A stretch of 64,000 nucleotides of DNA, from the IMG/VR virus record IMGVR_UViG_3300034062_006701. One strand, written 5' to 3'. The notes beneath the pieces were generated by a model. That model was not told the origin of the DNA, made no database searches, and was given only the letters and a program-made list of their open reading frames with translations. The first letter of the stretch is position 1; each line of letters opens with the position of its first letter. Source of the DNA: a virus (Duplodnaviria > Caudoviricetes). Positions 29,772-40,037 of this stretch are shown here, piece after piece. A program made the position numbers and the translations under genes.

Positions 29772-31067
29772 CTATATGCCGAAATTAACTGATGAAGGAT
29801 GTGTAGCGGCGTAAAATGGACTACCAGCAGCTGCACGTTCAGGGAGGGTCGTAGCGGTTGACGTTGTGGTAGGAACGACTCCCGGTGTAGCTATAGCTGT
29901 TTCCACCACATTGTGATTACTAATCATATGTTGCATGAAGTTTTTTGTATTTGCTGTCATACTTTTAAGCGATATTCTTACACGGTATGCATCAGGTATA
30001 ATCGCCTTCATAGGTGTGGATCCGCTTGTATAGCCTAAAAATTGACCAGCTACATCTCCTAAGAACGATGACGTGCTATTGCTTGTAGGTACATTAATAG
30101 TCATTTCACGTCTTGATCCCATAAAGTCAATAGTTATTGCTGTTATATAACAAAACGGGAAAAACTTTGTACCTGGTATCTCTACTTGATATATTACCGG
30201 TTGATCAACAGTATTTTTGCCTGTCTTACCTGGTCTGTTTTGATACACAAGTAGAAATAAAAATTGCCAATTTTTAATTACGTCATCATATGTAACTTCA
30301 CCAGTATTGATTAATGGAAATTCAATATTAATATCTTCACCTTCTGTCGGGTAATTATAAAATTTTGTTTTTTCAATATAAGTGATTTGTGTAGGTGCAT
30401 TGATTGAAGCAGTGACCTCAGCTGCTTCTGTTACCATTCCAAGAAGAGGAGCTGCTGCATCTCCTAGACCACCTACCTTACCGGATTCAGAAAAGGAATT
30501 AGCTTGATTAGCGTAGTTGTTATCAAAATACGGTAGAACATATACCCATCCAGTAGGATCTGTTAGATATAAGTTACGATATGGCTCAAGCCATTTACTC
30601 TTATTAACAGTTGGGTTATTATCATCACCAAACTGATCTGTAAACCTACCGATAAAAGTATCAATCTGATCGGGCGCGGCTGCTGCTGCATTTTTTAATT
30701 TTCCAATAAAATCGCTTATGTTAGGTTGATTGTTATTACTTGCAAATTGCTGTATGTTTGCGAGAGTTACTGTTGAATTGTTAAATGTCTCACCGAGGGA
30801 GTACTTAAGCTGACTAACAAGCGCGTTTGTGCGTAATTTTCTTTCAGTCAAGATAACTCTCGGCACTTCCTGTCTAGCTTCACCGAGCTTAGAATATGTC
30901 CAGTAAAAGTCCCTAACAACATTAATCTGTGTAGTTGTTGCACCTACACCTGTATTTGTTGAGTTAGCAACGCTCACAGGCTTAATAGTGGGGAGTGAAA
31001 GGGTGGGTTGACTAACACTACCGAGACCGGTATTATTATTTACAAACCCCCATAAAAAGTTTGGCAT
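29772..31067 (-). CDS. Baseplate tail-tube junction protein (gp48-like)
   Basis: Lies between tape measure and gp53. Tube-fold-like C-terminal PVIYQVEIPG...CYITAITIDF. Confidence 0.5.
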   Translation of the reverse strand: MPNFLWGFVNNNTGLGSVSQPTLSLPTIKPVSVANSTNTGVGATTTQINVVRDFYWTYSKLGEARQEVPRVILTERKLRTNALVSQLKYSLGETFNNSTVTLANIQQFASNNNQPNISDFIGKLKNAAAAAPDQIDTFIGRFTDQFGDDNNPTVNKSKWLEPYRNLYLTDPTGWVYVLPYFDNNYANQANSFSESGKVGGLGDAAAPLLGMVTEAAEVTASINAPTQITYIEKTKFYNYPTEGEDINIEFPLINTGEVTYDDVIKNWQFLFLLVYQNRPGKTGKNTVDQPVIYQVEIPGTKFFPFCYITAITIDFMGSRREMTINVPTSNSTSSFLGDVAGQFLGYTSGSTPMKAIIPDAYRVRISLKSMTANTKNFMQHMISNHNVVETAIATPGVVPTTTSTATTLPERAAAGSPFYAATHPSSVNFGI

Positions 31068-31085
31068 ATTATTATTTATTCAATG

Positions 31086-33662
31086 CTATCTTGACAACAA
31101 AGATTCCCTAAACATCATACTCGTAACAGGATTTGACATAAATGTCGTCGGGCTGCTAACATTGTTAACAGTTACCGATTTACCTGTGTTTTCTTTAAAG
31201 GCTCTAAACGCTTCTACTAGCTCCTTAGTATTATCGGATGTCTTTTTTTGTTGTTCGAGTTGACTAATGAAATATTTTGTTTGAGATTGAAATGCTTTAA
31301 TAAGAGCTTCTTGATCAAACTTATTTCCCTCCATATATGTCTGAGCTTCAGGTGTTAGCTTCTGCTCTGTCGATGGCTTAATATTGGGTAAGTTTATTAT
31401 CTTGCCCTGATTTTCAACTCCTCTAATAACTGGCACATTATTGGTAGAATCTGCTTCAAGTTTATTATTAGTTGTAAAAGGTGTTGCATCTCTACTTGCG
31501 GCCGATGCTTTTGTTTTAGCTAATACATCAGGTTTTGTCTCTTGCTTTTCTTGTTTACCATCAACAGTTATAGGTGTTGTAGGTGGTAGAGTTGTAGTTG
31601 CTGCGGAGGCAGTTGTCGCGACATTAATACCAAGTACCTCAGCGACTTTTTGTTTTAAACTCCACTTACCCACTTTAATGTCAGGAATCATATCTAAGAC
31701 AGCTCTAAGTAAACTGTCCTTTATAGTTGACCAAAAATCCGCAATATTATTAGTAGCAGTTACAGAGACAGCTTTTGCCCCACCAATAAGTAGATCACCT
31801 ATGACGCGTAGTGGCTCTAACGCTTCACCTAAATACCCAAACGCATCGAGCCATCTACCATCACCGATGGATTCGCCTGCTTGTATGAGAGGACCTATAA
31901 TAGGTATGCTTTTAGCTTTATCATAGAGCCATTTTCCTGCTGTCACTAACCAGTCACCTGCTACAGGTGCATATTCTTGTGCTTTTTCAAGTAACATTCC
32001 CCCGATATATTGAAGAGGTTCTATAGCGCTTCCAAGGTAATTAAACCCTGCTTCCCAATCACCATTAAAAATTGATTCACCTGCTTTTATGAGTGGTCCT
32101 ATAACAGGTATTTCTTTAGCTTTATCATAAAGCCATTTTCCAGCTGTTGCGGTCCAATTACCTACAGCTTTTAAAACAGGTGGAGCATATGTCTTTACCC
32201 CTTGTAGTATTACACTACCTATTTGCTGTAAAGGTGCTATAGCTTCACTGAGATATTTAAACCCTGTGTCCCAATCACCATCAAAAATAGACTTACCAGC
32301 TTTCATGAGTGGTCCGATTACCGGTACAGATTTTAATTTATCGTAAATCCATCCGCCCATATCTTTAAGTATGTCTAGCTTTTTAGTTGTTCTTTCTTTT
32401 CCTTTTGTCTCCCCTGCTTTAAAATCCAAGAATGCGTTAAGTGCGTCAAGACCTAGTGATATAGGTATCGCTAGAGGCGCTGCAGGTGTTAAAAAGAAGA
32501 GACCTGTTAGAGCGTTCAATACATCAACGACTCCACCGACAGTATCACCATTTTGAAACCGCGAATATGCAAATCCTAAACTTATTAAACTACCAATAAG
32601 AGGTATCTTCTTTAAAAAAGAACTAGTAATACCTTTTAATAATCCTTTACCACTTACTTTTGTTAGTGCTTTAAAACCTACAGCGAGAGCGCTATCACCC
32701 AACAGCTTTTTAAGTCCCTTAAATGGACCATCGTCCATCAGTCCGCTAAATAATCCCATTATTCCTCCAATAGTTGCACCAACACCGGCAATTACTGGAA
32801 GCAAATATTTAAAAAATTCACCAATTGTCTCTAAGAAGCCTTTTGGTTTTTCTTTTTCTTTCGGGCGATTACCCTTTGCAACACCGTCAATCAAATCATT
32901 ATTATCTTCATGCTGTCGATCAAAGAACGGCTTAAGAGTGTCACCGATTATATTTTGTAACTTAACTTCTGTTTCCGGTGGTATAACGATTTCGAGACTT
33001 TCTTTGTGATATGGGGATATAGGTTCAGAGGAAGGGTCTTTTTCCTCTTTATTTTTTTTAAAAACACTAAAGAGCGATGAAAAAAGGTTGGTTGGTTCTT
33101 TGGTTGTCTCTTTTTGTTTTTCTTTTTTTGATTCAACAGGCATAACACCGTCTTTTTGTTTTTCAGCTTGTTGTAATTTATCTTCCTTGGGTTGAGTGAG
33201 AGACTTTGCAATAGTTGTTAATAGACTTGCAGCGACGGAATCATGCACTATTTGAGCTTTTTGCTCTGTTGGATTAATTAAGCGTACAGGTAATACCTTT
33301 AAACCGGTGGGTACGTCTTTTGACGAAGAAGAGACTAGTGTAATGTCGTCAAGCTTACTATTCTCTTTAGTTTTTTTAGTCTCCTTTTTTACTTCTGTTT
33401 TCTCCGTCTTTTCTTTTTCTGATGTTTTTACTTTATCAGGTGTTGATTTGTTTAGAAATTTGACCATTTCGTTCAGCTTACTGGTCGTGGCACGCTGATA
33501 TTCAACGATTGATTCTACCTTCTGACCGATTAGTTGCTGTACATTTTTTAGAGTATCAGTCTGCAGGGACTGTAAATTAATAATCCGCTCAAACGAGCTA
33601 TTTAGATCGGGTACGCTCCCGTTAAGAGCTTCTTGAAGCTGGTCAAATGTAATGCCGTCCAT
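31086..33662 (-). CDS. Tape measure protein (gp29-like)
   Basis: 858 aa. Hydrophobic segments, KKIPLIGSLISLGFAYSRF motif, and internal W-rich amphipathic repeats. Confidence 0.75.
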   Translation of the reverse strand: MDGITFDQLQEALNGSVPDLNSSFERIINLQSLQTDTLKNVQQLIGQKVESIVEYQRATTSKLNEMVKFLNKSTPDKVKTSEKEKTEKTEVKKETKKTKENSKLDDITLVSSSSKDVPTGLKVLPVRLINPTEQKAQIVHDSVAASLLTTIAKSLTQPKEDKLQQAEKQKDGVMPVESKKEKQKETTKEPTNLFSSLFSVFKKNKEEKDPSSEPISPYHKESLEIVIPPETEVKLQNIIGDTLKPFFDRQHEDNNDLIDGVAKGNRPKEKEKPKGFLETIGEFFKYLLPVIAGVGATIGGIMGLFSGLMDDGPFKGLKKLLGDSALAVGFKALTKVSGKGLLKGITSSFLKKIPLIGSLISLGFAYSRFQNGDTVGGVVDVLNALTGLFFLTPAAPLAIPISLGLDALNAFLDFKAGETKGKERTTKKLDILKDMGGWIYDKLKSVPVIGPLMKAGKSIFDGDWDTGFKYLSEAIAPLQQIGSVILQGVKTYAPPVLKAVGNWTATAGKWLYDKAKEIPVIGPLIKAGESIFNGDWEAGFNYLGSAIEPLQYIGGMLLEKAQEYAPVAGDWLVTAGKWLYDKAKSIPIIGPLIQAGESIGDGRWLDAFGYLGEALEPLRVIGDLLIGGAKAVSVTATNNIADFWSTIKDSLLRAVLDMIPDIKVGKWSLKQKVAEVLGINVATTASAATTTLPPTTPITVDGKQEKQETKPDVLAKTKASAASRDATPFTTNNKLEADSTNNVPVIRGVENQGKIINLPNIKPSTEQKLTPEAQTYMEGNKFDQEALIKAFQSQTKYFISQLEQQKKTSDNTKELVEAFRAFKENTGKSVTVNNVSSPTTFMSNPVTSMMFRESLLSR
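31790..32351 (-). repeat. Three imperfect 68-72 aa tandem repeats in the tape measure gene
   Basis: W(I/L)YDK..IP(V/I)IGPL..AG.SI.DG.W...F.YL..A..PL recurs. Trp codons at 32351, 32135 and 31931 give spacings of 216 and 204 nt. Confidence 0.9.
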
Positions 33663-33669
33663 CTGTTAT

Positions 33670-33677
33670 TATTTATA
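33670..33677 (-). promoter_or_regulatory. T4-type late promoter TATAAATA
   Basis: 7 nt before the tape measure ATG. Confidence 0.75.
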
Positions 33678-33704
33678 ATAACAGATAAGGACTTAATGTA
33701 AGTA

Positions 33705-34463
33705 TTATATACTGAAGAAGCTGCCGTCGATTTCTATCGAGATGTCTCCGTATGTAGTAAACTTACTTTCAAGATCTCTATAGTTTTTAATGAACTGTAA
33801 GATTTTATTGGTAAGAGTGGACGGTATTTTCTCTATAATAGATATTTTTTCATCTATTTTAAGTGTATTGAATGGTACAGCTTGATTAACAGCAGGCAAC
33901 TTAAACGTTACCGTTTTTATATATTTTATAATTTCATATACAAAAAGCTCACCTACGAGTGATTTAATATCTCTATCCTGTATCGTTTTAAGTTTATTAA
34001 TCGTTAGGTTGCTAATATCTCTGTCATATCCTAGACGTGGTACTTCGAGATCAATACTAATATCGCTTGCCTCTATGCTAGAGGTAAAAACGTCTGTTAC
34101 AGGAATTGCTGCTATGTCTTTAATGATATCATGTAAATTAATTGTTGTGTCTCCGCTCACATACTCGCTATTCAAACCGTTAGCGCGCAACGCGATTGCA
34201 ATTGCTGAGCGGTCAAACGCATAAAGAGTATTTACATCTATCTTGTCAATTACATTGTCATGAATAATGTTAAAAAAATTAACAATAAAGGATAGTTTAG
34301 TTAGTGTTTCGTCAACAGATGATTTGAGAAGATCCTTCTGTTGCTTGAGATTGAGATTCTTGAACTTAATTGTTTTCTTGAGAGAGGGAACATACACATC
34401 AATACCTGTCGATTCATTTAATGAATCAAGTTGTTTAAGAATGTCATTAATGTTGGTACTCAT
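33705..34463 (-). CDS. Baseplate hub assembly protein (gp26-like)
   Basis: YVPSLKKTIKFKNLNLKQQKDLL and DRSAIAIALR echo gp26 patterns. Confidence 0.65.
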   Translation of the reverse strand: MSTNINDILKQLDSLNESTGIDVYVPSLKKTIKFKNLNLKQQKDLLKSSVDETLTKLSFIVNFFNIIHDNVIDKIDVNTLYAFDRSAIAIALRANGLNSEYVSGDTTINLHDIIKDIAAIPVTDVFTSSIEASDISIDLEVPRLGYDRDISNLTINKLKTIQDRDIKSLVGELFVYEIIKYIKTVTFKLPAVNQAVPFNTLKIDEKISIIEKIPSTLTNKILQFIKNYRDLESKFTTYGDISIEIDGSFFSI

Positions 34464-34475
34464 AATAATATATAA

Positions 34476-35357
34476 TTACGGTGCATGGAGATTCAACCCT
34501 TTATTAGCTTTGTTACGAGATTCTTCATCTCGTTTTTCGTCTTTAAACAGATTAATGTAGATATTGAGTTCTGCTAATGTTGAATTTTTGATTAAATCAA
34601 AATCTATGTGTAATTTGCTTATAAGGAAATATTCTAATTCGTATAGAGAAATAAGTCCTCGTTTAAAACACATCTTTAAAAAATCTAAAATAGAGTTTGC
34701 AAATAGATTAAGTGGAACCTGAATATTATTGTTTTCGTTAGTATACGGTGATAATATATCTAATAGTTTTATATCACGTATAGTATTACTGAGGTATAAG
34801 ACGTAGTCACTTATATCCTTAAGCACTGACATTGGTAGATGCTCAATAAGTGTGTGTTTATCTACTGTAACATCATTACCATTAATTGTAAGTTTCTTTA
34901 TAACAGCGCTGATAAGGTTAAAATCTTCTTGATCTAGGGTTATTTTACCAGGCATTCCTAATTCTATAATTAATTTATTGTCGTTATATGTTTTTTTAGT
35001 AGAGTATATATCAGAAGAAAGATTAAGTGTAGATAAATTATTAATTATATCAAATATTTGAATGTTTGTATTAAACGTTTTGTCTGTAGCAGGGCATGTT
35101 ACTGTCAATTCTAGATCGGGTGATATACAGACAGCACGGATAGTGAGTAAAACTATAATCTTATCTATAAAAGTAAAGAGAGAAGTGTCACCTTCACAGG
35201 AATTTTTTATTAAATCTTCAAAGAAATCAATAGTAACATGATTGTTATCATTAGTTAATGTCTTTACTAACTGCTTGTAATCAAAATACAAGAGCTCTTT
35301 GATATTAATTACCTTATTACAGGAAGGAAGCTTAGCTGTATAAGTAAATCGTCTCAC
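34476..35357 (-). CDS. Second gp26-like protein with gp51-like C-terminus
   Basis: LPSCNKVINIKEL...LLTIRAVCISPDLELTVTCP. C-terminal LYELEYFLISKLHIDFDLIKNSTLAELNIYINL resembles gp51. Confidence 0.6.
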   Translation of the reverse strand: MRRFTYTAKLPSCNKVINIKELLYFDYKQLVKTLTNDNNHVTIDFFEDLIKNSCEGDTSLFTFIDKIIVLLTIRAVCISPDLELTVTCPATDKTFNTNIQIFDIINNLSTLNLSSDIYSTKKTYNDNKLIIELGMPGKITLDQEDFNLISAVIKKLTINGNDVTVDKHTLIEHLPMSVLKDISDYVLYLSNTIRDIKLLDILSPYTNENNNIQVPLNLFANSILDFLKMCFKRGLISLYELEYFLISKLHIDFDLIKNSTLAELNIYINLFKDEKRDEESRNKANKGLNLHAP

Positions 35358-35392
35358 ATGAGATACTTAAACATGTGACGGAGAAACGCCAA

Positions 35393-36289
35393 TTAAACCG
35401 GTGAGTTGAAGCCTTTAAATAGACTTGGATTACCTATTGAAGGTGCACCATTTTGAGCAAAATTATTAATAATATCAATAATTGGTAGGTATAGATTGTT
35501 TGATACAGTGTAATTTGAGTACGTCCACCGTGTATTAAAGTTCATTAGCTTTTCTTCCGTATATTCTAGCGTTTCCTCGTTAACCGTAAACGGTACACAG
35601 TTATAAAAATTCCAAATTTTTCTAGGTACCTGTGAGACACCAGCTCGTGTGCGTGTATATTGCATGATATGCACGTTAACTTTCATGTTTTTAAGCGCTT
35701 CGTTAGCGTCATTGGGATTTCTAGCAACAAAACCGTAATGTGATGCAAGTATTACCCAAGGTCTGATTACGAAATCTATAAATGATGTGTTTGTTTCACG
35801 GAATTGAAGATCAAGTACGGGAGCTTCAAGATTTCTACCACCTGCAATGACGCCTGGTAAAAATCCTCTGTTGTTATCTACAGAGGCACTTTCTACAGCG
35901 TATCCTTCATTGGGTATAGTAACAGAACTTGCAAATAAACAACCAATAACTTTTTGTAAAGGAAATGATGTCAGTATATTCTTCGCACCGTCTATATCGA
36001 AGCCGGTCTTCGATCCATCTATACGTTCAAGACCCTGTATTAAAGATGACTTAAGACCTGATGGGTACCTGTCAATTAACACTATCCATTGTGTCGACAT
36101 TGGAATCGAGGTAAACCATGATTCCATTTGCGTGAGAAAGTAATCACGTGTACTAATAATTGGTACACCGGGTAGATTTAACCCAAGTAATTGTGTTATT
36201 TGTGGCGCAAATAGCGGATTAGATCCAGAGCCGATACCGGCAATATTCTGTCCTAGACTATTAAGTGCACTACTAAAGGGGTCGTTCAC
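35393..36289 (-). CDS. Baseplate tail-tube initiator (gp54-like, tube fold)
   Basis: Tube-fold pattern LDLQFRETN...WNFYNCVPFTVNEETLEY. Directly follows the tube gene. Confidence 0.6.
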   Translation of the reverse strand: MNDPFSSALNSLGQNIAGIGSGSNPLFAPQITQLLGLNLPGVPIISTRDYFLTQMESWFTSIPMSTQWIVLIDRYPSGLKSSLIQGLERIDGSKTGFDIDGAKNILTSFPLQKVIGCLFASSVTIPNEGYAVESASVDNNRGFLPGVIAGGRNLEAPVLDLQFRETNTSFIDFVIRPWVILASHYGFVARNPNDANEALKNMKVNVHIMQYTRTRAGVSQVPRKIWNFYNCVPFTVNEETLEYTEEKLMNFNTRWTYSNYTVSNNLYLPIIDIINNFAQNGAPSIGNPSLFKGFNSPV

Positions 36290-36317
36290 TTAATTATTTA
36301 GCTTATAAGCTAATCTT

Positions 36318-36884
36318 TTAGGGTGATGTTCTTGTAAAGTAATGATATGCCATTGTAGCAGTAAACTCAATTGTTTGACCTGTACCAGCAGCCATTGAAT
36401 ATGTAAGAGCACCGACACTACGTGGTGAAACACCGATGAGTGAATACTCTGCAACTCTTTCCATCTTATTATTAAGCTGGAGTAAGTTGATAACGGATGT
36501 CTGCTTAGGCGTGAGGTAATCACCTGTACTGTTTGCATCATCAAACGTGTAGCGTGACCAATCCTCGAATTTCTGTCTGAGCTGTGAATTTGCGTCAGCA
36601 TAGAACGTTAAGCCATATCCTTCAGATCCTGGATACACTGCGTTACCAGGTAGATTGAAGTTAAGACCCATGTAAGGTACTGCAACGTTGGTAATAGCTC
36701 TCTCAGGTAGTGTTGCTGTCTTTGCATACACAAGATCGTCATCACCGAATGTTATAACGTTCCCTGCAGCGTCTGTTGCACCACCTGTACTGATTGAAAG
36801 TACACGAAAGTTAAAATCACGAGCAAATTCACGGTTTGCTGCTACTCTATAAAAATCTTGAATTAATTGATTAGTATCGGCCAT
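36318..36884 (-). CDS. gp19: Tail tube protein gp19
   Basis: AKTATLPERAITNVAVPYMG...LRQKFEDW...YSLIGVSPRSVGALTY. Follows the sheath gene. Confidence 0.9.
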   Translation of the reverse strand: MADTNQLIQDFYRVAANREFARDFNFRVLSISTGGATDAAGNVITFGDDDLVYAKTATLPERAITNVAVPYMGLNFNLPGNAVYPGSEGYGLTFYADANSQLRQKFEDWSRYTFDDANSTGDYLTPKQTSVINLLQLNNKMERVAEYSLIGVSPRSVGALTYSMAAGTGQTIEFTATMAYHYFTRTSP

Positions 36885-36916
36885 ATTATGTAATTATTTA
36901 GGGTTTCTTGGTTACT

Positions 36917-39367
36917 TTATGCTACGATTTCAGAGAAGTTTTGGCTTGTTCTTGTTGCGTAGAAGTTAACTAGTATGAACTCAGCTGTTCTAACCGGTTT
37001 GATATAAACATCAATTACGAGTGTATTATCATCAATCACAGAAGATGTATTGTTTCTTTCGTCACAGATTAGCAAGTAATCATATAAACCAGCTGTATTC
37101 TTTGCATTATCAAAGATTGGTGTGAGTAGGTTTTTAATCTGTGTTCTCGTAAAGAGCGTATTAGGCTCAAATACGAATGCTCTTGCAACAGTGTTAGTCT
37201 GATTTTCGAGAGTTAAGAACAGTCTACGAACATTAATGCGATCAAAGGCACTTGGCTGCTTCTGTGCTGTCTTTTGTCCGTAGATTACAAATCCTTCATT
37301 CGGGAAGAATACTACAGGGTTAAGTGCAATCTTGTAGAGCTGGTCGCGTTGCTTTTGCTTTGGATAAAACGCGAGATCTGTTATACCTGTTACTACACCG
37401 CGTGTAAACCCAGCAGGTGCAGACCAAGGCCGGTAATTCGCATCTGTACCAGCTATCGCAGCTGCAGCAAAGCCGGAGAACGGTACCCATACCTGTCTAT
37501 TCGAGGCTTGATCCGCTACCTTGACTGCGTTAGCGTAGATGGCTGTGTAGCTATTGTTTATGAATGAGAATTGGTTGCGGAGCGGCCAGTAGATGTTGTC
37601 CGAGAAATTATTCGTCGGGTCATCTAAAGTCTTAACACCGTTCTCAACAAGTATATTCGTTAATGGGTCAGCAATAAAGAGGTGATCCTTACGACGGCTT
37701 GCAGCAAAGCTTACAAACTGACTTGCTACAGCTGCGTAATTTTGAGCGATAGCTGTATTTACACCAGATCCATCCTGAGCTGTAAGTCCGTTGACATCGG
37801 TACCGACATATGGTACACTATCATCGAAGTAGCCAGACGTAGCAGGGTTAAATGAATTTGCGTAGACTGTACCAAGACCTCCTTCGAGTGTTAGTGAGAG
37901 AGGATATATCTCGCTATTCTCGATAGTATTAAACATGTTAGTTAGCTTCTGTGGTACATTACCTATCTTTTGTGTTGAAAGATCAATGGTACTGTAATCA
38001 CCGAGAGCTATAAGCTTATCGTTTGAACCATATGTATTTACTAGAGCTCCATAAGCACCTGATGTTGCACCCATTCTTGTTGCGTATGTATCAATGAATG
38101 GTGGAAGCGGAATGTTGTTCAGTGCGCTAGCGCTTAATACATCGACAGCTGTTGGTGTAATACGAGGTGCGCTTAGGAAACGAACACGACGTGTCGGTAC
38201 CCCTTGTGCGTCTAACCATGTTCCAATGTTCTTACCTGAGATAAATGGGTTAACAATTGTTACGATATTTGAAGACGCATCATCAACATTTTCTACATAA
38301 TAGCTGATTGCCGGTCCACCGTTTGTATCATTAATCTGACGATAGTAGTCGAAGGATGCATTATAGCTTTCCTGTAAAATGTAGTCAAGCTGAATTGTAT
38401 CGGGTGAGAATGTTGATTGACGGAGCTTAAATACACCGAGGTTAATAGTGTCGTTATAGTTACTGGATGATGTATCGAATGTCGCGATGTTTTCAACAAC
38501 TTCAGATACACTATTGCTTATACCTGACGATGTAGCGGAGAGCGCGAAATTTAAGCGCTGACTTGGTACGTTAATGTAATTTGCTGGAGATATAAACGTA
38601 CTCGTGTTGTTTACCGAATTTACACCGTTGAAGTTATCAAATGATGTTGAAGGGTTAAGGGCAGAATTATCAATAATTCCGAGATAAGATCCTTCAAAAC
38701 GTGAGTTGATTGATGACTGTGACTTGTTTAATACGACGAGACCGGCATTACCGAGACTTGAAAGTGTATTAAATGATGTTACAGGGCTTGCATCTGGTCC
38801 GCTAATTGTTGCGGATAGACCGGCGGAGGATGACCATGCAAATGCATCTCCGCGAAGAACAGATAGATACTGTTCCTCTGAAAGAGTTACGTGTGTAGGT
38901 GCACCGAAATTGTATGTAATTCCTGTAGCGGAAGCAGGGTAACTGAGGTTAGTAGATGTAAGTGTTACAAACCCTGTACCGGTAACAGAAGGATAGCCTG
39001 TAGCATTAAGACTGTCAATAAAGCCGGCGGAGAGCTGAGTAACGACAACCGGGTAAACAAGAGCGCTGTACTGGTTTGAATAACCAAGTCCTGCGTTTTC
39101 ACCGTACGGTAGACGATATACAGTTACGTTTGATGGTGATTGGAAGACAGCCTTTGTTGTATGATAGAAATATCTTTCAGCTGCATTCGTCGGTGTACCA
39201 AAAATCTGTTCGAATTCTGATAACGTGCTAACTTGTACCGGGTCGGATGATGGGCCTTTTGAGGCGAAGCCAGTTACTAAAACATTTGTTTGTGAGCCTA
39301 GATTTGCTCTGAGTGAAAGATCGACTTCACTGATCTGAACTCCAGGACTTTGAATTGTACGTGCCAT
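36917..39367 (-). CDS. gp18: Tail sheath protein gp18
   Basis: SPGVQISEVDLS; PWSAPAGFTRG; RDQLYKIALNPV; SAFDRINVRRLF; IKPVRTAEFILVNFYATRT. Confidence 0.97.
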   Translation of the reverse strand: MARTIQSPGVQISEVDLSLRANLGSQTNVLVTGFASKGPSSDPVQVSTLSEFEQIFGTPTNAAERYFYHTTKAVFQSPSNVTVYRLPYGENAGLGYSNQYSALVYPVVVTQLSAGFIDSLNATGYPSVTGTGFVTLTSTNLSYPASATGITYNFGAPTHVTLSEEQYLSVLRGDAFAWSSSAGLSATISGPDASPVTSFNTLSSLGNAGLVVLNKSQSSINSRFEGSYLGIIDNSALNPSTSFDNFNGVNSVNNTSTFISPANYINVPSQRLNFALSATSSGISNSVSEVVENIATFDTSSSNYNDTINLGVFKLRQSTFSPDTIQLDYILQESYNASFDYYRQINDTNGGPAISYYVENVDDASSNIVTIVNPFISGKNIGTWLDAQGVPTRRVRFLSAPRITPTAVDVLSASALNNIPLPPFIDTYATRMGATSGAYGALVNTYGSNDKLIALGDYSTIDLSTQKIGNVPQKLTNMFNTIENSEIYPLSLTLEGGLGTVYANSFNPATSGYFDDSVPYVGTDVNGLTAQDGSGVNTAIAQNYAAVASQFVSFAASRRKDHLFIADPLTNILVENGVKTLDDPTNNFSDNIYWPLRNQFSFINNSYTAIYANAVKVADQASNRQVWVPFSGFAAAAIAGTDANYRPWSAPAGFTRGVVTGITDLAFYPKQKQRDQLYKIALNPVVFFPNEGFVIYGQKTAQKQPSAFDRINVRRLFLTLENQTNTVARAFVFEPNTLFTRTQIKNLLTPIFDNAKNTAGLYDYLLICDERNNTSSVIDDNTLVIDVYIKPVRTAEFILVNFYATRTSQNFSEIVA

Positions 39368-39373
39368 ATAAAG

Positions 39374-39381
39374 TATTTATA
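39374..39381 (-). promoter_or_regulatory. T4-type late promoter TATAAATA
   Basis: 6 nt before the sheath ATG. Confidence 0.8.
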
Positions 39382-39410
39382 ATTTACTGAGAAATTTTTT
39401 AAACAAATTA

Positions 39411-40031
39411 TTAATTTTCTGTCTCAGTAAGTGGTTGGATCAATAATTGCGAGTAATTTAGTGTGAAACTCGACTCCACTTCACCAGCGTCTCTATATGA
39501 ATAATTAATACCACCTATAGCTGATGGAAACGCATCGGTGTACTTGAACTCTATAACACGTTTATCATATTCATCTAATCCAAATATAGAGATTGTTGAT
39601 TTATATTGATAGAAAGATGAATTTACACCGTTATTTACTGTTGATCTGGTAGGTGTTGTGAGTTGCTTGCTATCATATAAGCCATCTGCGCTGTTATTGA
39701 GCATGTCGAGCCAAGTATATATCACCCAGTAATTATTAAACCGATTATCTACAGTGAAATTTACATTAATAGGGGGATAGGGTTCACGTGAATGACTAGT
39801 GTGACTTAGAGTTTGACCACCGTATCTTGTCTGTATCGCGGGTACAGATACATCGGGAATTACTGTACCGTATACTGAAAATTGTAAAGTGTCAGGTAGT
39901 ATTGTTTCTGCTGTTCTTTCAAATTTAGTAGCGATCTGTCTCAACGCTAACGGTATATTCATTACCATTAGAAACTTGTCTTTTCTCGTCTTATTGAATG
40001 GACTCTGCGTGTATGTAATGTTGTTTCCCAT
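39411..40031 (-). CDS. gp3: Tail tube terminator gp3-like
   Basis: LQFSVYGTVIPDVSVP...INVNFTVDNRFNNYWVIYTWL...FKYTDAFPSAIGGINY. Confidence 0.7.
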   Translation of the reverse strand: MGNNITYTQSPFNKTRKDKFLMVMNIPLALRQIATKFERTAETILPDTLQFSVYGTVIPDVSVPAIQTRYGGQTLSHTSHSREPYPPINVNFTVDNRFNNYWVIYTWLDMLNNSADGLYDSKQLTTPTRSTVNNGVNSSFYQYKSTISIFGLDEYDKRVIEFKYTDAFPSAIGGINYSYRDAGEVESSFTLNYSQLLIQPLTETEN

Positions 40032-40037
40032 GTATGT

